Assembly (NCBI GenBank): GCA_041288095.1
Contig: JBGGMJ010000103.1
Location: forward strand, 1 to 39,877
Direction: 5' to 3'
Length of the DNA: 39,877 bases
Source: Myxococcota bacterium
GTDB lineage: Bacteria; Myxococcota; XYA12-FULL-58-9; JALHOP01
The position numbers were made by a program, and so were the translations under genes. Below, in pieces: positions 9,849-19,462 of the stretch. The notes under the pieces are model-generated. The model worked only from the letters and a program-made list of their open reading frames with translations, was not told the DNA's origin and did no database searches. Within the stretch, counting starts at the first letter, position 1; every line of letters starts with the position of its first letter.

Positions 9849-12800
9849 GAAGCGGGTTCATGAGTTGGCAAAAGAGTTTGGGTTGGAGAACCGCGAGGCC
9901 GTTCTGTTGCTTCAGCAAGGTGGCGTCGACGTGAAGACCCACTCGAGCTCGGTCTACGAGGACGAAGCCCGCGCCGTCTTGATCAAGGCCAAGGGTAAGC
10001 CGGCTCCGGCCGCCGCCCCCGCCGCTCCGGCTCCTGGCGCCGCCGCCCCGGCCGCTGCTCCCGCTGGCGCCGCCGCTGGTCCGAAGCGCGTCGGTATGAT
10101 GATCGTCAAGAAGAAGGCCTCCGACGAGGTCGGCGCTCCGGCCGAAGCGCAGCACGCCGCGTCCGCGGAAGTGGACGAGCCGAGCGCACCCCAAGCCGCT
10201 CCCGCCGAGGAGCGTCAAGTCGAGCACGAGCTCGCTCCGCAAGTGGAAGCGCGCGAAGAAGCAGTCGACGACGGCGAGCCGCGTCCGGCCCGCGTTCCCG
10301 AACAACGCCCTGCGGCGCCTCCGCCGCAGAGTCAGTCGCGCGACGCCGCTCCGCGCCCGGCTTACAATCAGCCGTCGCGTACCGGCGGCAGCCGGCCCGC
10401 GGCTTATCACCGCGATCCCTCGCAGGACCGCGGTCGCCAGTCGGCCGATCAACAAGACGCGGGTGAGCCGACCGACGTGCCGCCTGGCGATGATGTGGCC
10501 GCTACAGCGGACCCGACCCAGACTGGCATGCCAACGGTGGCGCACCGCCCCGGCGCCGCACAAGTCGTGCGCATGATCGATCGCGACAAGCTCCTCGAAC
10601 GCATTCCCTCGCGCCGCTTGGGCGGTGGCCAAGGTGGCCCGCGCCAAGGCGGCTACGGTCCCCGTCCGGGTGGGCCCGGCGGTCCTTCGGGCCCCGGCGG
10701 CCAGCGTCCCGGTCCCGGTGCTCCCCGCTTCGGCGGAGTCACCGAGCTTCGCGTCGTCACCGATCCGTTCGGTCGCGGTCGTGAGATGGTCGACGTCAAC
10801 CGCCGTCCGCCGATGGGCGGTCCTGGCGGCGCTCCCGGCGCGCGTCCCGGCGGCTTTGGTCCCCCACGCGGTCCCGGCGGCGGTGGCCCCGGTCAGAACA
10901 AGGGTCGTCCCCCGAGCAAGCGCCAGATGGTCGAGATGCGCGAGCGCGCCATGCATCCGGCGCGTCTCAAGAAGAAGAAGACGACCAGCCGCACCGGTAA
11001 GCAGACCGTCGTGACCCAGCCGCGCGCCTCGAAGCGCGTGGTGAAGATGGGCAAGAACATCACCGTCGCGGAGCTCGCCTCCGAGTTGGGCGTCAAAGCC
11101 GCCGAGGTTATCGGCAAGCTGATGAAGCTCGGCGTGATGGTGACGCAGAATCAGTCGATCGACTTCGACACCGCGACGCTGATGGCGACCGAGTACGAGT
11201 ACACGGTCACCTCGGATGCCTTCGACGAGACGAAGATGCTCGACGTCGGCAAGCCGGAAGAGGCCGAGGAGACGGAAAACCTGAAGCCGCGTCCGCCGGT
11301 CGTGACCGTCATGGGCCACGTCGACCACGGTAAGACGTCGCTGCTCGACGCGATCCGCAAGGCAAAGGTCGCCGACGGCGAAGCGGGTGGCATCACCCAG
11401 CACATCGGCGCCTATCAGGTGGCGGTGCCGGGCAAGGGTCTGGTCACCTTCCTCGACACGCCGGGCCACGCGGCCTTTACCCAGATGCGCGCGCGCGGCG
11501 CTCAGATCACCGACCTCGTCGTGCTGGTCGTCGCGGCGGACGACGGCGTGATGCCGCAGACCGAAGAGGCCATCAAGCACGCGCAGGCCGCGGAAGTACC
11601 GATCATCGTGGCGGTCAACAAGATCGACAAGCCCGAGGCGCAGCCCGACCGCGTCATGCAGGAGCTCTCGAAGTTCAGCCTGCTCTCCGAGGCCTGGGGC
11701 GGTGAGACGCTCTTCGTGAACACCTCGGCGACCAAGGGCACCGGCATCCCCGAGCTGCTCGAGGCGATTCTGTTGCAGGCTGAAGTGCTCGAGCTCAAGG
11801 CGAATGCCGACCGTCCAGCCATCGGCTCGGTGGTCGAGGCTCAGCTCGACAAGGGTCGCGGCCCCGTTGCCACGCTCCTCATCGAGACCGGTACGCTGCG
11901 CACGGGCGACGCCATCGTCGTCGGCGAATGCTCAGGCCGCGTGCGCGCCATGCTCAACGACGAAGGCAAGTCGATCAAGGAAGCCGGCCCGTCGACGCCG
12001 GTCGAGATCATCGGTCTCGACGGCGTGCCTGATGCCGGCGACCAGCTCAACGTGGTCGAGAACGCCGATGCGGCGCGCGAGATCGCGGAGAATCGCAAGG
12101 CCGCGCGCAAGCAAGACGAGCAGGTCGTGGATCGCAAGATGTCGCTGGACGACATCATGAAGCGCATGGCCGGCCAGGAGTCGCTCGAGCTCAAGATCGT
12201 GCTCAAGGCCGACGTTCAAGGCTCCGCTGAAGCGGTCAAAGACGCCTTGAACAAGCTCACCACCCCCGAAGTGAAGGTCAACGTGATCTACTCGGGCGTT
12301 GGCGGCATCTCGGAGTCGGACATCACGCTGGCGGGCGCTTCGACGGGTATCGTCGTCGGCTTCGGAGTACGCCCCGACGCCAAGGCGCGCACCGTCGCCG
12401 AGCGCGAAGGTGTCGAGATTCGCACCTACGCCATCATCTACGAGATGCTCGACGACGTGCGGAAGGCCATGGAAGGCCTCCTTACGCCGGAGTCGCGCGA
12501 GAAGATCGTCGGCCGCTGCGAAGTGCGCGAGATCTTCCGTGTGTCGAAGATCGGCACCATCGCTGGTTGCCGCGTCGTCGATGGCAAGGCGCAACGCTCG
12601 GCGCGCATCCGCGTGCTGCGCGACAGCGTCCAGGTCTTCGATGGCAAGGTCTCGTCGCTGCGTAGCTTCAAGAACGACGTTCGCGAAGTGGACGCTGGAG
12701 CGGAGTGCGGTGTCAGCCTCGAGGGTTACCAGGACGTGAAGCCCGGTGATGTGCTCGAGTTCTACACCGTGGAAGAGGTGGCTCGCCGCCTCGACACCTC

Positions 12801-12858
12801 GCCGGCCGGTGGCGGTCGCCGCGGACCCGCGGCTACCGAAAATCGGCCGCAGGCCTAA
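9841..12858 (+). CDS. infB: Translation initiation factor IF-2
   Basis: [11 protein letters not shown]-terminus, [29 protein letters not shown], and C-terminal beta-barrel domains; long Ala/Pro/Gly-rich linker. Confidence 0.98.
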   Translation: MSKKRVHELAKEFGLENREAVLLLQQGGVDVKTHSSSVYEDEARAVLIKAKGKPAPAAAPAAPAPGAAAPAAAPAGAAAGPKRVGMMIVKKKASDEVGAPAEAQHAASAEVDEPSAPQAAPAEERQVEHELAPQVEAREEAVDDGEPRPARVPEQRPAAPPPQSQSRDAAPRPAYNQPSRTGGSRPAAYHRDPSQDRGRQSADQQDAGEPTDVPPGDDVAATADPTQTGMPTVAHRPGAAQVVRMIDRDKLLERIPSRRLGGGQGGPRQGGYGPRPGGPGGPSGPGGQRPGPGAPRFGGVTELRVVTDPFGRGREMVDVNRRPPMGGPGGAPGARPGGFGPPRGPGGGGPGQNKGRPPSKRQMVEMRERAMHPARLKKKKTTSRTGKQTVVTQPRASKRVVKMGKNITVAELASELGVKAAEVIGKLMKLGVMVTQNQSIDFDTATLMATEYEYTVTSDAFDETKMLDVGKPEEAEETENLKPRPPVVTVMGHVDHGKTSLLDAIRKAKVADGEAGGITQHIGAYQVAVPGKGLVTFLDTPGHAAFTQMRARGAQITDLVVLVVAADDGVMPQTEEAIKHAQAAEVPIIVAVNKIDKPEAQPDRVMQELSKFSLLSEAWGGETLFVNTSATKGTGIPELLEAILLQAEVLELKANADRPAIGSVVEAQLDKGRGPVATLLIETGTLRTGDAIVVGECSGRVRAMLNDEGKSIKEAGPSTPVEIIGLDGVPDAGDQLNVVENADAAREIAENRKAARKQDEQVVDRKMSLDDIMKRMAGQESLELKIVLKADVQGSAEAVKDALNKLTTPEVKVNVIYSGVGGISESDITLAGASTGIVVGFGVRPDAKARTVAEREGVEIRTYAIIYEMLDDVRKAMEGLLTPESREKIVGRCEVREIFRVSKIGTIAGCRVVDGKAQRSARIRVLRDSVQVFDGKVSSLRSFKNDVREVDAGAECGVSLEGYQDVKPGDVLEFYTVEEVARRLDTSPAGGGRRGPAATENRPQA

Positions 12859-12871
12859 GGCTCGAATGGTT

Positions 12872-12915
12872 CCGCGCGAGCACGCCGGCTGTTAGCAGTC
12901 GACGTGGTCGCGCGG
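12872..12915. terminator. Long imperfect inverted repeat after infB, possible bidirectional terminator
   Basis: CCGCGCGAgCACGcCGGCTG-ttag-CAGTCGaCGTGgTCGCGCGG; 20-bp stem with two mismatches, between the infB stop and a convergent ORF stop (12934). No U-tract. Confidence 0.55.
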
Positions 12916-12933
12916 TCGCGTAGACGAGCTCGT

Positions 12934-13296
12934 TCAGATGCTCGGCCCGTGGCGGTGCTGCATATCGTTTCGCGCCGGCGGTTCGGCGCGGGGCGCACCT
13001 TCTCCCGGTCCGTTGCGATGGGTGCGCTCGTTGCTCCCCGTGCCGCCAGGGTTCTGACGACGCAGGCGCACACCGTCTTCGTCGCGCTCCATGCGCGGCA
13101 GGAAAGGCGTCGCGGGTCGTCCTTCCAAACGGTTCGGCTCGCGCTGCGAGCGTTGCTCCACCCGATCCTGAGCCTCGCCGCCGTTGTTGGACAGCGGTGG
13201 TTCCCCCGTTCCGAGCGCCGGAGGCTCGCCCGCCGGCGGATCAAGCTCGCGGACGTTCGGGCTGAGTGAGTTGGGTCGCTGAGTGATGCCTTCCAT
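12934..13296 (-). CDS. Small, probably disordered orphan protein (120 aa, P/G/R/E-rich)
   Basis: GAGGAG RBS before ATG 13296 (MEGITQRPNSLSP...); low complexity, no signal peptide. Confidence 0.55.
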   Translation of the reverse strand: MEGITQRPNSLSPNVRELDPPAGEPPALGTGEPPLSNNGGEAQDRVEQRSQREPNRLEGRPATPFLPRMERDEDGVRLRRQNPGGTGSNERTHRNGPGEGAPRAEPPARNDMQHRHGPSI

Positions 13297-13362
13297 TTCT
13301 GACTCCTCATGTCGAGCATGTGCTCGGCAAAACATTGATCGGGGCTTGCTTCGTCGTCCGCT

Positions 13363-13623
13363 TTAGAGGGCGCCGCGGATATTGACGCCGCCGCCGGCGC
13401 CGGGGGTTTGCAGTTGCGGGCGAGACGGCACGCGGTCCTGCGGAGGCTCGGGCCGCACCTGCATGGGCTCGACGCGGTCACTCGACCCTGGATTGCGCGG
13501 CTCGCGTTGGTCCGGGCGCGGTCCCCGCGGGCCGGTAGGCTCGGAGCTTTGCGGGCGCGTCTGCGTTGGCGCCGAATCGGTCGGATGGGTTGACGGGCGG
13601 GTCGTGATGGCTAGGCCGGACAT
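13363..13623 (-). CDS. Small, probably disordered orphan protein (86 aa, P/S/T/R-rich)
   Basis: AGGAG RBS 5 nt before the ATG (MSGLAITTRPST...); in tandem with 12934-13296. Confidence 0.55.
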   Translation of the reverse strand: MSGLAITTRPSTHPTDSAPTQTRPQSSEPTGPRGPRPDQREPRNPGSSDRVEPMQVRPEPPQDRVPSRPQLQTPGAGGGVNIRGAL

Positions 13624-13803
13624 GATGGCTCCTGGTGATTCGGCGCATTGCCGCGCCTGCCAGGAGTGGATTGCAGTAGGTGTGCCGCCCCCACGCGAGC
13701 CGGAGCGCCCGCTAGCGCGCCGCGGACGCGGCCAAGAGCCCCCAAAACCCGACGGTTTGGGGAGGAGGGGGGAGCCAACTTTTTCCCACCCTCTTGCGGG
13801 CGG

Positions 13804-15114
13804 CTACCCCGAGCGGCCGAGCAAGCCGTGTTTGCGCAGCACGCGCTTGAAGTGATTGCGGTCCATCCCCGAGTTGCGCGCCGCCTTGGCTAGATTCCCC
13901 TCGGCGGCCGCGAGCTGCGCCATGGCGTACTCGCGCTCGAACGCGTTGATGACGCGGCGCTTGCTCTCGACGAGCGCGGACTTGGTGTCGATCTCGAGCG
14001 TCGGTTTCGCCTCGCCGCCTTTCTGCACCCGTTCGGGCACGCGGCCGACCTCGAGGACGCTGATGATGGCGTTGCGGAGCTCGCGCACGTTGCCTGGCCA
14101 ATCGTAGCCACTGGTGAAGAGCTCGAGCGTATCGGCGGAGAGCGTCAGATCGCGGCCGAGCTTGGTGAGGACGTGTGCGACCAGCGCCGGAATGTCTTCG
14201 CGACGCTCGCGCAGCGGCGGAATGAACACGGAGACGACACCCAAGCGGAAGAGCAGGTCTTCACGGAAGCGCTTCCGCGCCACGAGCCCTTCGAGGTCTT
14301 GATGCGTCGCCGAGATGATGCGGACGTCGACGCGGTTTTCGAGGTTCGAGCCGACGGCGCGCAGCTTCTTCTCGTCGATGACGCGCAGGAGCTTCGGCTG
14401 CGACTCGAGCGGCAGCTCGCCGATTTCGTCGAGAAACACGGTGCCGGCGTCGGCGCGCACGAACACGCCGGCGCGATCACCGGCGGCGCTGGTAAATGCG
14501 CCGCGCACGTGGCCGAAGAGCTCGGACTCGATGAGCTGCTTCGCGGCCGCGCCGCAGTCGAAGACCTCGAAGGGCTTACCGGCGCGGCGTGAATGGTCGT
14601 GGATGGCCCGCGCCACCATGGTCTTGCCGACCCCGGTTTCGCCCAAAAGCAGGACCGGCGAATCCACCGGCTCGAGCTGCTCGAGGACGTGGAAAAGGTG
14701 GCGCATGACCGGGGTCGCCCCGACGACATCGCCATAGCGGTCACGCTTACTGGTGGTGATGCCGGCGAGCTCGGGCGTCGCGAGCTGTATCTTCGAACGA
14801 CCGAGCGACAAGGTGGCGCCGAGCTCGACCACGACCTCGCTGCAGCGAACACCCAGGTAGAAGGTGCCGTTGCGGCTCCCGAGGTCGGTGACCTTGATGC
14901 CGCTATCCCCAAGCGTGATGCGGCAATGGCGGCGCGAGATGGCGGTGTCGTTGAGCCGCAACATGCACCCCGGCTCGGTGCCGATGTCGCACTCTCCGCG
15001 TGCCAGCAACACTTCGCGGCCGCCGTCGACACCGTCGATGACGCGGATGCGGACGCTTTCGACACGTTGGCCGCGCGCGGGTAGGCCGTCGGTGCGCGGT
15101 CGCGTATCGCTCAC
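13804..15114 (-). CDS. FHA-domain sigma54-dependent enhancer-binding protein (FHA-AAA+-Fis HTH)
   Basis: FHA motifs IGT...ISRRHC...DLGSRNGT; GETGVGKT, ELFGHVRGAFTSA, FLDEIGEL, FREDLLFRL, WPGNVRELRN; C-terminal GNLAKAARNSG HTH. Confidence 0.93.
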   Translation of the reverse strand: MSDTRPRTDGLPARGQRVESVRIRVIDGVDGGREVLLARGECDIGTEPGCMLRLNDTAISRRHCRITLGDSGIKVTDLGSRNGTFYLGVRCSEVVVELGATLSLGRSKIQLATPELAGITTSKRDRYGDVVGATPVMRHLFHVLEQLEPVDSPVLLLGETGVGKTMVARAIHDHSRRAGKPFEVFDCGAAAKQLIESELFGHVRGAFTSAAGDRAGVFVRADAGTVFLDEIGELPLESQPKLLRVIDEKKLRAVGSNLENRVDVRIISATHQDLEGLVARKRFREDLLFRLGVVSVFIPPLRERREDIPALVAHVLTKLGRDLTLSADTLELFTSGYDWPGNVRELRNAIISVLEVGRVPERVQKGGEAKPTLEIDTKSALVESKRRVINAFEREYAMAQLAAAEGNLAKAARNSGMDRNHFKRVLRKHGLLGRSG

Positions 15115-15121
15115 GTATCGC

Positions 15122-15484
15122 TCACGGTGGGTCCAGCGAAACGCGTGCTCGACTGACCTCGTCGCGCCGCCACGGATGCGTGACCGCGAGGGCGCACACC
15201 CGCGTTTCAGCCGCGAAGCACTCGATCTCGTGCACCAGCGGCGAGGGTGTGCCCTCGGTCGGGGTCAACAAGAGCACGATGGGATAGGCGTGCGACGCCG
15301 ACACGTCGACCACCACCTCGAGCCGTGCCTCGGCTTCGCCGATACCGTGCGAGCGGACCGCGATGCTGTCGAGGCCGCCGGGCAGCGGCAGTCTCTCGGA
15401 GGTGAGCTCGAGTAGGATCTGCGGCTCTTCGCCGCCGCAAGCCGTGCAACCCAGGAGCAGGGCGATAGCGACTCGCGCTACCAT
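15122..15484 (-). CDS. Small lipoprotein, beta-rich
   Basis: MVARVAIALLLGCTACGG lipobox; start overlaps the end of the upstream gene. Confidence 0.65.
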   Translation of the reverse strand: MVARVAIALLLGCTACGGEEPQILLELTSERLPLPGGLDSIAVRSHGIGEAEARLEVVVDVSASHAYPIVLLLTPTEGTPSPLVHEIECFAAETRVCALAVTHPWRRDEVSRARVSLDPP

Positions 15485-16080
15485 GGCCCAGCGCTCCCGC
15501 CGGTGGCTGTCTCTACACGGAAAGGTCCGTAGTCGTGATCGGGCAGACCGTCGCCGCTCGACGCCACCACGACGACGACCACCACCGTCGCGACGACGGC
15601 CGCGGTTGCCGCCCAAAACCATGGACGTGACCAGAACCCCGGCCGTTGGTCGGTTTGTACCGTCGTAGTCGCCGCGGGCTGCGCGATGTCGACGCGATCT
15701 TCGACCGGCGGAGCCGCGAGACGTGGGTCGGGGACAGGTGGCGAATGGACCGCGCGCGCAAGCTCGAGTGGCCCCCGCAGCTTGGGCGATACGCTGGGGG
15801 CTAGCTCGTAGCTCGGGTTGCGCTCGAGGATGGCCAGATAGGCGTCGCGCGCCTCGAGCTCGCGGCCCTCGATGGTATGGACGAAAGCGCGAAGCTCGTA
15901 GGCGCGAATGGTCTCGGCCGGGCTCAGCGACTCGCCGAGCGCGCGCTCCACCAGCGGCAAGACCCGCGCGTAGTCGAGCTCGGCGTACGCCAAAGCGGCC
16001 TGGTCGAGTGTCGAGCTCGCGGCGCGCGCCCCACCTGGATGTAGGCCGAACGCCAACACGAGGGCTGCTACGGGTCTCAT
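15478..16080 (-). CDS. Exported TPR-like protein with C-terminal membrane anchor (myxobacterial type)
   Basis: Signal peptide ending ARA, TPR-like helices (AYAELDYARVL...EARDAYLAILERNP), Pro-rich linker, WSRPWFW followed by a hydrophobic helix; GAAGGAAG RBS before ATG 16080. Confidence 0.75.
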   Translation of the reverse strand: MRPVAALVLAFGLHPGGARAASSTLDQAALAYAELDYARVLPLVERALGESLSPAETIRAYELRAFVHTIEGRELEARDAYLAILERNPSYELAPSVSPKLRGPLELARAVHSPPVPDPRLAAPPVEDRVDIAQPAATTTVQTDQRPGFWSRPWFWAATAAVVATVVVVVVVASSGDGLPDHDYGPFRVETATGGSAGPW

Positions 16081-16114
16081 CAGGCGCTTCCTTCGAACAA
16101 TCCGTGGTTTATGC

Positions 16115-16130
16115 AGCAAGTCGAATGCCA
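16115..16130 (-). promoter_or_regulatory. Putative sigma54 -24/-12 promoter for the TPR-lipoprotein-EBP operon
   Basis: Minus strand TGGCATTCGACTTGCT (GG-N10-GC, near consensus), about 35 nt upstream of ATG 16080. Confidence 0.7.
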
Positions 16131-16183
16131 GACGGCCGAGAGCCCCGCCTCTGCTAGCATGTGTAAGTATAGCAGGAGTCCTG

Positions 16184-17716
16184 TTGACGTCTCTGGGGCG
16201 CTACACCGTCATTTCGCGCCTCGCCGTTGGCGGCATGGCCGAGGTGTTTGCCGCCACCATGGCGGGCGCCGAAGGCTTCGTGAAACCCGTCGTCGTCAAG
16301 CGGCTGCTGCCTCACCTCTGCGCCAAGCCGGAGATCGTGCGCCTCTTTCTCAATGAAGCCCGCCTGGCCGCCCAGTTCAGCCATCCGAACCTCGCGCAGG
16401 TCTATGAGCTCTTCGAAGCAGGCGGCAGCTATTGCATCGCCATGGAGCAGCTCGACGGCATCGACCTGTATGAGCTCCAGCGGCGCTTGCCGGCGCCACG
16501 TCTGCCCGCTCGAGCGGTCGGTGAGATCATCGCCGGGGTTGCCGCCGGCCTGCACGTCGCGCATTCGACCCGCGACGCCTCGGGCAAACCCGTGGGCATC
16601 ATCCATCGCGACGTCTCGCCGACGAACGTCGTGGTGACGCGCAGTGGTGTCGTGAAGCTCGTCGACTTCGGCGTCGCCAAGCTGCTCGATTCGCAGGCGC
16701 CTACCCAGCGTCGCGGCAAGCCGCGCTATATGTCTCCGGAGCAGATCAGCGGCACCACCCTCGACGGCCGCAGCGACCTCTTTGCGCTCGGCGCCGTCGC
16801 CTACGAGCTGTTGACCGCGTCGCCGTGTTTCGATGGCGAGACCGTCATGGACGTCGCCCACGCGATCAACAACGCGGCGTTCACCCGCATCGGCGCCATC
16901 GCCCCGGGCGTCGATGCCCAGCTCGCCGGCCTCGTCGAGCGCATGTTGGCTCCAGAGCGCGATGTTCGCCCCGCCAACGCCGACGACGTGCGTCGCGAAG
17001 CGCGTGAAATCGTCAGCCGCCTGGGCGGGCCGGGTTACGCGCTGCTCGACGACATCGACGTCGCCATCTTTGGCTTCGACGGCGAGATCACGCACAAGAC
17101 CGCGATGACTGCTCGCTTCCTGGTCACCGAGGCGACCGAGATCGCCGCGCCGCCGGTCACCGAAGATCTCATACCGCTCCAGTCGCGGGAACAGCCGGTC
17201 GCACGCTCGAACCCACGCTTCTCCCCGCGCCTCATGGCGATATCGGTCATTGGCGCGGTGGTTGCATTAGCGACGGGCATGATTTGGCAGCATGCTCCCC
17301 GCGATGTCAGGGCCGAGACGGCGCCACCGGCCGCCGTCGCTCGCGCCGAGGCCCCGTCTGTCGCTATAGCGGACATGCCGGACGCATCGCCGCCTCCTGT
17401 CACGACCCCGCTCGTGCCCGAGCCGCAACGACGGCCCGTCAAGGCTCGCGTGCGTCCGCTCCAGCGTACAGCGCCCCCGCGCGAGGAGCCGGCGCGCGGC
17501 AGTGGCTCCTTGATCGTCAATAGCGAGCCTTGGTCAGATGTCTATCTCGATGGTGTCCGCGTCGGCATCACGCCCCTGGCGCTGCACGACGTCACCGCCG
17601 GGCCACACGACCTGCAGCTACGCAACGACGCGGCGGATTTTCGCGTACGCCGCGACGTCCACGTTCGCGCCGGCGAGACCACCAAGGCGTTCGAGCGCGC
17701 GGCACCCGACAGATGA
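16184..17716 (+). CDS. Hanks-type Ser/Thr protein kinase with TM helix and C-terminal PEGA-like domain
   Basis: LAVGGMAEV, VVKRL, HRDVSPTN, DFGVAK, YMSPEQ, DLFALG; TM LMAISVIGAVVALATGMIW; PEGA-like LIVNSEPWSDVYLDG...GITPL; TTG start with AGGAG RBS. Confidence 0.93.
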   Translation: MTSLGRYTVISRLAVGGMAEVFAATMAGAEGFVKPVVVKRLLPHLCAKPEIVRLFLNEARLAAQFSHPNLAQVYELFEAGGSYCIAMEQLDGIDLYELQRRLPAPRLPARAVGEIIAGVAAGLHVAHSTRDASGKPVGIIHRDVSPTNVVVTRSGVVKLVDFGVAKLLDSQAPTQRRGKPRYMSPEQISGTTLDGRSDLFALGAVAYELLTASPCFDGETVMDVAHAINNAAFTRIGAIAPGVDAQLAGLVERMLAPERDVRPANADDVRREAREIVSRLGGPGYALLDDIDVAIFGFDGEITHKTAMTARFLVTEATEIAAPPVTEDLIPLQSREQPVARSNPRFSPRLMAISVIGAVVALATGMIWQHAPRDVRAETAPPAAVARAEAPSVAIADMPDASPPPVTTPLVPEPQRRPVKARVRPLQRTAPPREEPARGSGSLIVNSEPWSDVYLDGVRVGITPLALHDVTAGPHDLQLRNDAADFRVRRDVHVRAGETTKAFERAAPDR

Positions 17717-19461
17717 GGTGCGCGTTTGCTCTAGCGGTCACGCTCTGCGCCGGTTGCGATGCCATCGTCGACGTCGCGCCCCAAATCGACTATGTGCCGT
17801 TCGGAGACGGTGATGTCGACTTCGCCGCCGACCACGACGCAAGCGACGGGGACGGCGGTGATGGACAGGGCGACCAGGACCGCGATGATGGTCCGCGGAC
17901 GAGCTTCGTCGAAGCAGTGACGCAGGCCGCGCCCGTGGCCTGGTATCGGTTCGGCCGCGAGGATCTCGGTAGCACCGTCGCCCGCGACGCAACCACCGGA
18001 GGCCATCCCGGGAGCTACGTCGGCGAGTCGCGGCCCGGCGCGTTCGGCGCGTTGGCTCACGATGCCGACACAGCGGCGACGACCGCCAGCGAGGTCGACG
18101 GTCCGATCAACATTCCCAACGTGGGCGTCTTCACGGCGGCGGGCGCCACCTTCACCGTGAGCCTCTGGGTCAACCTGCACCACACCGTCTACTTCGACAC
18201 CGTAGCGGGCCTGTTCGCCGTCGGTAGCGACGAGGTCGGACCGAGCCCCGCCGCGGCCTTTCGCATGCTCGTGGGCGCCGATCAGAAGGTGCACGTCCAG
18301 CTCGCGGGCGTCGACGTCTTCGTCGGCGCTACGGCGCTCGCCCCCGGCCGTTGGACGTTGGTCTCGGTGACCCGCGCTGTCGGTGGCGCGCTCAAGCTCT
18401 ACGTGGATGAAGCGCTGGACGGTGAGAGTCTCATGTCCACGATGGCGGTCTCGGACGCGACGGCGTACCTCGGCGGGGGACGTTACCCGGGCTCGGCTCA
18501 CTTCGATGAGCTCATGATCTTCAACCGCGAGCTCGGGGCCGCCGAGATCTCGAGCTTCGTCCGAGCGGGCCGTGACGGTACGCAGGAACCAGCATCGTGC
18601 GGCCAGACGGAGAGCCCGGGCGACGTGTTCCTCGAGGCCCAGACCATCGCGAACCATCGCTTCACCAGCTCGGTCGTCATCCGCGCGTCCAACCTGCAGC
18701 TACGCAACGTCCTCATCGAAGCGACCGGCGACGGTGTGTTCATCGACGGCGCCGACGACGTGGTCCTCGAGGACGTCGCCATCGTCGTTACGACGAGCAG
18801 CGACCAGCCGATTGGCGTGCGCTTGCGGAATTCGCACCGAGCGCGCCTTACCCGCGTCCGCGTCATCGGCGCCCCGCGCGGAGTGGTCGTCGAGAATTCG
18901 GACGACCTCGTCGCCCGTTTCGTCGTGGTGCGCGAGGCCATGACCAGGGGGGCCACGTACCCAACCGTCCACGTGGACAGCGCGTCCAGCGGCGCCCAGC
19001 TCGAGGACTTCGAGGTGGTCGACTTCGGCGCCACCCATACGGCCCCGGTCAGCATGGCGATCGAGAATCCCGATATCTTCGCGACCCGCGGCTTGCTCGC
19101 GGGTAACAACGCACTCGACAGCATCGGCGTTCGTGTCGCGACCGCCGGCGCGTCCAGCGAAACCGCGCTCACCGACATCGACGTCACCGATCACAACTAC
19201 GCGTGTCTCCAGGTGGCGAGCTGCGGGGATTTACTGGTGGCCGGTCTGCGCTGTCGCGACACCCGCTGCAATGGCGAAGTGCCGTCGGACATTGGGTACG
19301 CTATAACGGTCGATGCCGGGGTTGCAGGCGTCATCTGGGAATCGATCTACGACGACCTCTGCGGTCCCGCGCTCGGCGGCACGGGTAGCATCAGCACCGA
19401 GCTCGACTCCGCGGGGTTTCAAGCGCGGCAGCGACTGAACGCCAGGTTCTGCTGGGAGTAG
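17713..19461 (+). CDS. Large lipoprotein: acidic linker + LamG/concanavalin-like domain + parallel beta-helix domain
   Basis: MRCAFALAVTLCAGC lipobox (ATGA overlap with the kinase); PVAWYRF...FTVSLWV...WTLVSVT...LKLYVD...FDELMIFNREL (LamG); then beta-helix-like repeats (GVFIDGADDVVLEDVAI, GVRLRNSHRARLTRVRV, GVVVENSDDLV). Confidence 0.75.
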   Translation: MRCAFALAVTLCAGCDAIVDVAPQIDYVPFGDGDVDFAADHDASDGDGGDGQGDQDRDDGPRTSFVEAVTQAAPVAWYRFGREDLGSTVARDATTGGHPGSYVGESRPGAFGALAHDADTAATTASEVDGPINIPNVGVFTAAGATFTVSLWVNLHHTVYFDTVAGLFAVGSDEVGPSPAAAFRMLVGADQKVHVQLAGVDVFVGATALAPGRWTLVSVTRAVGGALKLYVDEALDGESLMSTMAVSDATAYLGGGRYPGSAHFDELMIFNRELGAAEISSFVRAGRDGTQEPASCGQTESPGDVFLEAQTIANHRFTSSVVIRASNLQLRNVLIEATGDGVFIDGADDVVLEDVAIVVTTSSDQPIGVRLRNSHRARLTRVRVIGAPRGVVVENSDDLVARFVVVREAMTRGATYPTVHVDSASSGAQLEDFEVVDFGATHTAPVSMAIENPDIFATRGLLAGNNALDSIGVRVATAGASSETALTDIDVTDHNYACLQVASCGDLLVAGLRCRDTRCNGEVPSDIGYAITVDAGVAGVIWESIYDDLCGPALGGTGSISTELDSAGFQARQRLNARFCWE

Positions 19462-19462
19462 C

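Noticed and set aside
10000..10900. Short GC-rich tandem-like repeats (gccgctccg, ggcccc-type units)
   Set aside because: They encode the Ala/Pro/Gly-rich IF-2 linker; no constant repeat-spacer period, so not CRISPR or a VNTR.
9733..11580. 615-aa minus-strand ORF and similar long antisense ORFs opposite nusA, ligA and the cox genes
   Set aside because: Stop-poor shadow frames expected in high-GC coding DNA; the opposite strand carries well-supported genes.
13739..13795. C-rich/G-rich inverted segments downstream of the EBP gene as a terminator or ncRNA
   Set aside because: Pairing is imperfect, no clear U-tract on the coding strand and no recognisable RNA family.
16081..16119. ORF-track start at 16119 for the TPR protein (also extended starts at 3311, 15622, 17530, 21013, 26722, 28285)
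   Set aside because: These extensions overlap promoters or neighbouring genes; downstream ATGs give proper signal peptides, RBSs or ATGA coupling.
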